Assembly (NCBI GenBank): GCA_944392255.1
Contig: CALXVY010000007.1
Span: 921 to 64,920 of the forward strand
Direction: 5' to 3'
DNA: 64,000 nt
Origin: an uncultured Alphaproteobacteria bacterium
GTDB lineage: Bacteria; Pseudomonadota; Alphaproteobacteria; RF32; CAG-239
Below are positions 59,468 through 64,000 of this stretch, one piece after another (positions within the stretch are counted from its first letter, which is position 1; each line of letters opens with the position of its first letter). The position numbers and the translations under genes are program-made. The notes beneath the pieces were generated by a model. The model searched no databases, was not told the DNA's origin, and saw nothing but the letters and a program-made list of their open reading frames with translations.

Positions 59468-60535
59468 ATGTCACGCGCGGAAGACATTTTTCAAAAGCTC
59501 ATCTATTTTGGGGAAGATGCTATTGATGAATTTATCATCAACCAACAAACCGAAGAGTTGTTTTTGGACTTTAAGCAAGCCGTATCTGTTGGCAAAAACT
59601 TTGTTACTCTGCATAGAGACGACCGCAAAAATTTAGCTAAAGCCATTTCCGGTTTTGGCAACTCAGAAGGCGGCGTGATAATTTGGGGTGTGGAATGTTC
59701 GCGTGATAACGAAATTGGCGATGTGGCCAAGGCCAAAGTAAAAGTCAAAAACGTGCATCGCTTTTTAAGCTGGCTTGAAAATGCCATTTCCGGCTGCACC
59801 ATTCCAAGCCACAACAAAGTCAGAAACCACATCATCAGCTGTGATAAAAACGGCGATGGTTTTATCGCCACCTATATCCCCAAATCAGACTTAGCTCCTT
59901 TAATGTCCACCACCAACGGCGCCATTTACATTCGCTCCGGTTCTAACAACGTTCCTGCGCCTTATTCGGTCATTGCCGGAATGTTCGGCAAGCGTCCACA
60001 ACCCAATGTGGAATTGATTTTGGCCGATAAGCAAATCAAAGTTTTGGATAATGCCGATGAAGATTTGATTTATCCGCTGAATATGAAAAACCCACCCAAG
60101 AAATATGTCAAAATCAGCTTTGCCATTCACGCCGAAAACGTCAGTAATGTCATTGCCAGAGAGATTTATTTAACCTGCCGCACGGTCAGCACCGGAAGTG
60201 AATATAACAAAATTCGTTTTACCAATTTCAACCAAATGGACTCAATCCCCGGAATTGAAAATCAGCTCAATTTAATAACCAAGCCGGAGTTAAGGCTTCC
60301 GCCACGAGGCATTTTCAAATTCTGCAACGTGGATATTATCCTCTCGCCTTTTGCCGAAGATGATTTGGTTTTAGACGGCGTGATTGGTGCTGATGAATGC
60401 GCCCCCAAAGACTTTGACGTGCATATTGCCAAAAACAATCTGCGTTCTTTTGTCGCCAAGGCTTTGAGAAACAGTAAAAATCCCGACAAATTGTTAAACG
60501 AATTTTTCTCAGAATTTTTAATTAATATGGAATAG
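59468..60535 (+). CDS. AlbA_2 (Schlafen-type) domain protein with uncharacterised C-terminal half
   Basis: 355 aa. EELFLDFKQ, AISGFGNSEGGVIIWGV and IYIRSGSNNVPA follow the AlbA_2 pattern (E..LEFK, AfaNt.GG.l.iGv, yiR.gs). The usual HATPase/HTH tail of COG2865 proteins is not recognisable. Confidence 0.6.
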   Translation: MSRAEDIFQKLIYFGEDAIDEFIINQQTEELFLDFKQAVSVGKNFVTLHRDDRKNLAKAISGFGNSEGGVIIWGVECSRDNEIGDVAKAKVKVKNVHRFLSWLENAISGCTIPSHNKVRNHIISCDKNGDGFIATYIPKSDLAPLMSTTNGAIYIRSGSNNVPAPYSVIAGMFGKRPQPNVELILADKQIKVLDNADEDLIYPLNMKNPPKKYVKISFAIHAENVSNVIAREIYLTCRTVSTGSEYNKIRFTNFNQMDSIPGIENQLNLITKPELRLPPRGIFKFCNVDIILSPFAEDDLVLDGVIGADECAPKDFDVHIAKNNLRSFVAKALRNSKNPDKLLNEFFSEFLINME

Positions 60536-60542
60536 ATAAGAG

Positions 60543-60989
60543 ATGACGGCTATTGAAATTTTTACCGACGGAGCCTGCTCCGGCAACCCCGGAGCCGGTG
60601 GCTGGGGCGTTATTTTGCGCTGTGGTGAAACCGAAAAAGAATTAAGCGGCGGCGAAGCGCAAACCACCAACAACCGCATGGAATTAACCGCGGTAATTGA
60701 GGCTTTGAAGGCCTTAAAAAGAGAATGTGAAATCACTCTATATACCGATAGCCGTTATGTGATGGACGGCGTCAATGAATGGATGCCTAATTGGAAGAAA
60801 AACGGCTGGCGCACCACCAATAAAAAATCCACAGTGAAGAATTTGGAACTCTGGCAAGAATTGGATAGTTTATTACCCAAGCACAAAATCAAATGGGTTT
60901 GGGTTAAAGGCCATAACGGACATCCTGAAAACGAGCGCGTGGATAAACTCGCCCGCGATGCCGCCAAAAGCTTTTTAGAAAAAGATTAA
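60543..60989 (+). CDS. rnhA: ribonuclease HI
   Basis: [24 protein letters not shown] and [12 protein letters not shown] motifs. Confidence 0.9.
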   Translation: MTAIEIFTDGACSGNPGAGGWGVILRCGETEKELSGGEAQTTNNRMELTAVIEALKALKRECEITLYTDSRYVMDGVNEWMPNWKKNGWRTTNKKSTVKNLELWQELDSLLPKHKIKWVWVKGHNGHPENERVDKLARDAAKSFLEKD

Positions 60990-61249
60990 AACTCATAAAT
61001 ATAAATCAAAACCAAATTGATAATAGTCACAACCGCCATCAGAACCGGCTCTTCACGAACGCTGGCAATTCTTTTTTGCTCATAAGAATAAAAATAGATA
61101 AAAAAGCTATAAATCGTCACCCACAAAGGATAAGACAATAAATTCCAGACAACAAAGAGATTCAAGAGTGATATTGAAGCATAAGCAACAAAAGCAAATA
61201 ATCCCATTCCAATGGTTTTTATTGTCCGAATATAATCTTCTGCCTGCAT
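60986..61249 (-). CDS. small membrane protein
   Basis: 87-aa hydrophobic ORF. Confidence 0.45.
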   Translation of the reverse strand: MQAEDYIRTIKTIGMGLFAFVAYASISLLNLFVVWNLLSYPLWVTIYSFFIYFYSYEQKRIASVREEPVLMAVVTIINLVLIYIYEF

Positions 61250-61433
61250 ATCTCAAACTCACCTATTATCGTAAATATGCTTGATTATAATTAAAACAAT
61301 CGCACCAATCAAGTTTTCTCTTTAACTTACAAAACATTTTTTGACAAAATTGTCTATTTTATGCTTACCCCCCTCTCATTTTGTGATATAACCTTAGGCA
61401 GAAAAAATATTACTAATTAAAAACTATAAGTAT

Positions 61434-61757
61434 ATGGAAAAGAAAAGTATTATTAAAAGAATGAAAGAAATTTCTCATGAAGTATGGGCGTGGTTTAGAT
61501 TTTTGTTCTTCCAAGCAGCAAGCATTGGCGGAGCTTGGGTAACATGCTTTCACATTCCTACAATATGGGCAGACGTTGCTAAAGTATGGAGTGAAAGCAA
61601 CTTGCTATATGTGCCAGATTTACTCTTTGCTCTATTCATAGGGGCTGAAGGAGTAATAACCATTTTGGGCTGTATCAGGTATATGCCTACTTCTGCCAAA
61701 AAGACAAATTTGCGTTATGGGATATACTCAGAACTCTTGTTTATGAGTAATCCCTAA
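61434..61757 (+). CDS. small membrane protein
   Basis: 107-aa ORF with 2-3 TM, followed by a terminator (61767-61800). Confidence 0.45.
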   Translation: MEKKSIIKRMKEISHEVWAWFRFLFFQAASIGGAWVTCFHIPTIWADVAKVWSESNLLYVPDLLFALFIGAEGVITILGCIRYMPTSAKKTNLRYGIYSELLFMSNP

Positions 61758-61825
61758 CCTCACAAAAAAACTCACCTTCCGCATGGAAGATGAGTTTTTC
61801 TTTTTTTAAGCCTAAAAATCTTCAA

Positions 61826-62116
61826 TCATTTTCCCCAAAATTGATAGCACATTTTAATCGCCAAATGATACAAAAACTCCCAATTTAAAAAGCATATCAA
61901 CCAAGAAAAAACAAAAATCAGATTTGTCGATAGCATAAAATATTTATCTTGAAAAAACCAATTCATAATAAAATAAAATGCAATACTCATATACAATAAC
62001 ACAAACAAAAAAGAAAAAGGAACAGCCTCACTCAAACTACAAATAACAGCCCCTCCGATAGCAAAACCACTGGCATCAAGAAAAAGAGCATTCAGAATTT
62101 TCTTTAATTTTTGCAT
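61826..62116 (-). CDS. small membrane protein
   Basis: 96-aa hydrophobic ORF. Confidence 0.45.
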   Translation of the reverse strand: MQKLKKILNALFLDASGFAIGGAVICSLSEAVPFSFLFVLLYMSIAFYFIMNWFFQDKYFMLSTNLIFVFSWLICFLNWEFLYHLAIKMCYQFWGK

Positions 62117-62143
62117 AGCTTATTCCTTTTTCATAATATTTAA

Positions 62144-62401
62144 TTATTTATTTTTATCTTTCTTGGAAAAGACCGCATCCCATACTTTATCGACACCTTT
62201 TCCAACACCTTCGTCCATTAAACCTCTGACCAGAGGAGTTCCTCCTCGAGCTCTGTGCAGAGATTTAACAACTTTATGCCCCAACAGAGCTCCTGTAACG
62301 CTTTTCGCTGTTGAATCTGCATAATCCGAACTGCCTCTAGCTGAACCAACACCATATGTTATACCTGAACCAACAGCATCAAGCAAGTTTTTTCTTGACA
62401 C
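62144..62401 (-). CDS. hypothetical Gly-rich small protein
   Basis: 85-aa ORF with a GTG start and weak SD. Its composition is distinctly less AT-biased than the flanks. Confidence 0.4.
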   Translation of the reverse strand: MSRKNLLDAVGSGITYGVGSARGSSDYADSTAKSVTGALLGHKVVKSLHRARGGTPLVRGLMDEGVGKGVDKVWDAVFSKKDKNK

Positions 62402-62520
62402 GTTAGGAATAATATCCTAAATATAATATTATCACTTAGGATAATTGTGTCTTAAGTGATTTTTTTGCCCTGTCTAATAAACAGGGCTTTTTTTTTACTA
62501 TTTAACATATTGGAGGAAAA

Positions 62521-62925
62521 ATGAATTTAATACAATATATTGCACAAGCAGATCCTGAAGAAAAAATCATTTCTAGGGAAAATAATTTCATACAAAATGG
62601 AATTAATTGGTATCGCGAATATTCAAAAATAAGTAAATTAAACGATAACAGAATTACAGATGAAAACAAACATCAATATATGAGCTGCTTAGCTGGACGA
62701 GGAGGAAAAGCAGAAGCTATTGCAGGTTGGGGAATTGGTCTTGGTAAAGAAGCCATTGATTTAACTAAAAAAACATTAAGCCCAAATGCTCGAAAAAGGT
62801 ATAATGGTGTGGTAAATATTTTTAAAGATAGTCAAAAAGATATAAAAAACAACTGGAAAGGTTTACAATATGGACTTGAAAATAAAGGAAAATGTATAAA
62901 TTTACTTGAACAAAAGCTTCCATAA
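62521..62925 (+). CDS. hypothetical protein with serum amyloid A-like motif order
   Basis: 134 aa with a GGAGG SD. NWYREYSKISKLN / KHQYMSCLAGRGGKAEAIA / DSQKDIKNNWKG parallel SAA DMWRAYSDMREAN / [26 protein letters not shown] / DSLADQAANEWG. Confidence 0.45.
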   Translation: MNLIQYIAQADPEEKIISRENNFIQNGINWYREYSKISKLNDNRITDENKHQYMSCLAGRGGKAEAIAGWGIGLGKEAIDLTKKTLSPNARKRYNGVVNIFKDSQKDIKNNWKGLQYGLENKGKCINLLEQKLP

Positions 62926-62981
62926 TTGACTATTATGAAAATATGTGAGAATATCTAAAAACAATTATAAGGTATTCTCAC

Positions 62982-63290
62982 ATGCTACAAAAAATTAAAT
63001 CATTTTTTTACTGGAGCTTTTTCTTTGCAATCTTAACATCAGCCCTTGTTTTGGGCTTATTCTTTTTTATGCCTGATGAACATACATACAACACCTATCA
63101 TGGAGATTTCATATATCAAAGCATCAAAATACTCTGCGGAACCGCATATCTGATAACTCTTTTGATGCAGTTAGGGCAAAAAACTTCAAGCAAACTGAAA
63201 CAATATGAAAAAGACCAATATCTTTTAATTGGCGCATCATTACTGATAATAGAAATTTTATTTTTATCGGCAACATTACCTGAATTTTAA
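62982..63290 (+). CDS. small membrane protein
   Basis: 102-aa ORF with 3 TM. Confidence 0.45.
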   Translation: MLQKIKSFFYWSFFFAILTSALVLGLFFFMPDEHTYNTYHGDFIYQSIKILCGTAYLITLLMQLGQKTSSKLKQYEKDQYLLIGASLLIIEILFLSATLPEF

Positions 63291-63296
63291 GGTTTC

Positions 63297-64000
63297 CTAA
63301 TCCGCAAAACCTTTAATCACTTTAGTCAACTCATCTTCGGTCAAAATCTCGGGCAAGACCATTCCATCCGGCACACTGCGGCTAAAGATAATATAAAACG
63401 GCAAACCGGAGCGTCCGAACTGGCGCATAAACTCTAATACCTTGCGGTCATAATCAGTCCAGTCCACATCAATATATTTCACTTTGTAAAACTTTACCAA
63501 TTCCTCAATTTTGCTATTGTCAAACACCGTCACGTCATTAAATTTGCAAGTCAGGCACCAATCAGCCCCCACACGCACAATCACGATATTTCCTTCTTTC
63601 AAATAGGCATCAATCTGCGCGCGGTCAATTTTCACTTCTTTGGTCAGAGCCACTTCCGCCATATGGATTTTGAAGGCTTTATCGGCTTGATACAAGCACC
63701 CGATTGTCACTGCAAGCAATAAAAGACTAATCACACGGCGCACCAACTTTTTGGCATTTTGGCGCACGGCTAAATCTTCATTCTGATTTTCGATTGAATC
63801 ATAAATCAAGCGCCGCATATAAAACATCAGGAGGAAGAAGGCAAGCCCTGCCCCCACCCAAAGAACCGTATGCCAATCGGTCTGCGCTTGCAAAATCGAG
63901 AGCAACCACACAATGGTCAAAACCAGCATCAAAATCATAAAGGCGCTGAGTTTTTGCATCCACGGACCGGGTTTGGGCATCAATTCTCCGAGATTAGGAT
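63297..64000 (-). CDS. DsbD/ScsB-like thiol:disulfide interchange protein, C-terminal part (gene continues past the right edge)
   Basis: The frame stays open upstream of the track start (..PNLGEL-MPKPGPWM). TM segments are followed by a thioredoxin fold with GADWCLTCKFN (CxxC). Confidence 0.7.
   Translation of the reverse strand, partial: PNLGELMPKPGPWMQKLSAFMILMLVLTIVWLLSILQAQTDWHTVLWVGAGLAFFLLMFYMRRLIYDSIENQNEDLAVRQNAKKLVRRVISLLLLAVTIGCLYQADKAFKIHMAEVALTKEVKIDRAQIDAYLKEGNIVIVRVGADWCLTCKFNDVTVFDNSKIEELVKFYKVKYIDVDWTDYDRKVLEFMRQFGRSGLPFYIIFSRSVPDGMVLPEILTEDELTKVIKGFAD

Overview
The window is about 35-36% GC by eye and densely coding. It looks like a chromosomal segment of an AT-rich alphaproteobacterium. 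This rests on a CcrM-type DPPY N6-adenine methyltransferase, a flgB-flgC-fliE operon with a divergent FlhB-C-terminal-like gene, and the gene orders yqeY-dnaG-rpoD, xseB-ispA and ppx-rlmE.

Housekeeping genes recognised from motifs in the supplied translations: nagA/nagB plus a ROK kinase fragment, ugd, rsmB, rlmE, ccrM, rnhB, rpoD, dnaG, greA, trxB, aspS, rnd, xseB, ispA, elbB, ispH, rnhA, a cyclophilin and an M16 peptidase. Envelope and efflux functions: an EptA-like phosphoethanolamine transferase, TerC, MarC, a MacA/ABC/FtsX-type exporter, an AcrAB-like RND pair and a DsbD-like fragment at the right edge.

I located two tRNA genes by eye, tRNA-Ile2/Met(CAT) and tRNA-Gln(CTG). I found no rRNA, CRISPR array, transposase or integrase.

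About 25 small orphan ORFs sit between the core genes. Many are hydrophobic, acidic or Cys-rich, and several form paralogous pairs.

Items most worth follow-up:
1. A three-gene module: lipoprotein retropepsin-like (DTGA) protease, transglutaminase-like 7TM membrane protein and RimK-related ATP-grasp ligase. Its product is unknown.
2. A single-gene AlbA_2/Schlafen-like insertion between ispH and rnhA.
3. A duplicated ~100-nt structured leader upstream of small hydrophobic protein genes, with strand-specific G-U and compensatory changes.
4. Two near-identical 209-bp tandem units, each carrying the last 19 nt of the adjacent tRNA-Gln.
5. A metallothionein-like CxC tail fused to a SIMPL protein.
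6. An ACP-like protein lacking the phosphopantetheine serine.
7. A serum-amyloid-A-like ORF.

All product calls come from motif recognition without any database search. Start codons were adjusted only where a Shine-Dalgarno sequence is visible.
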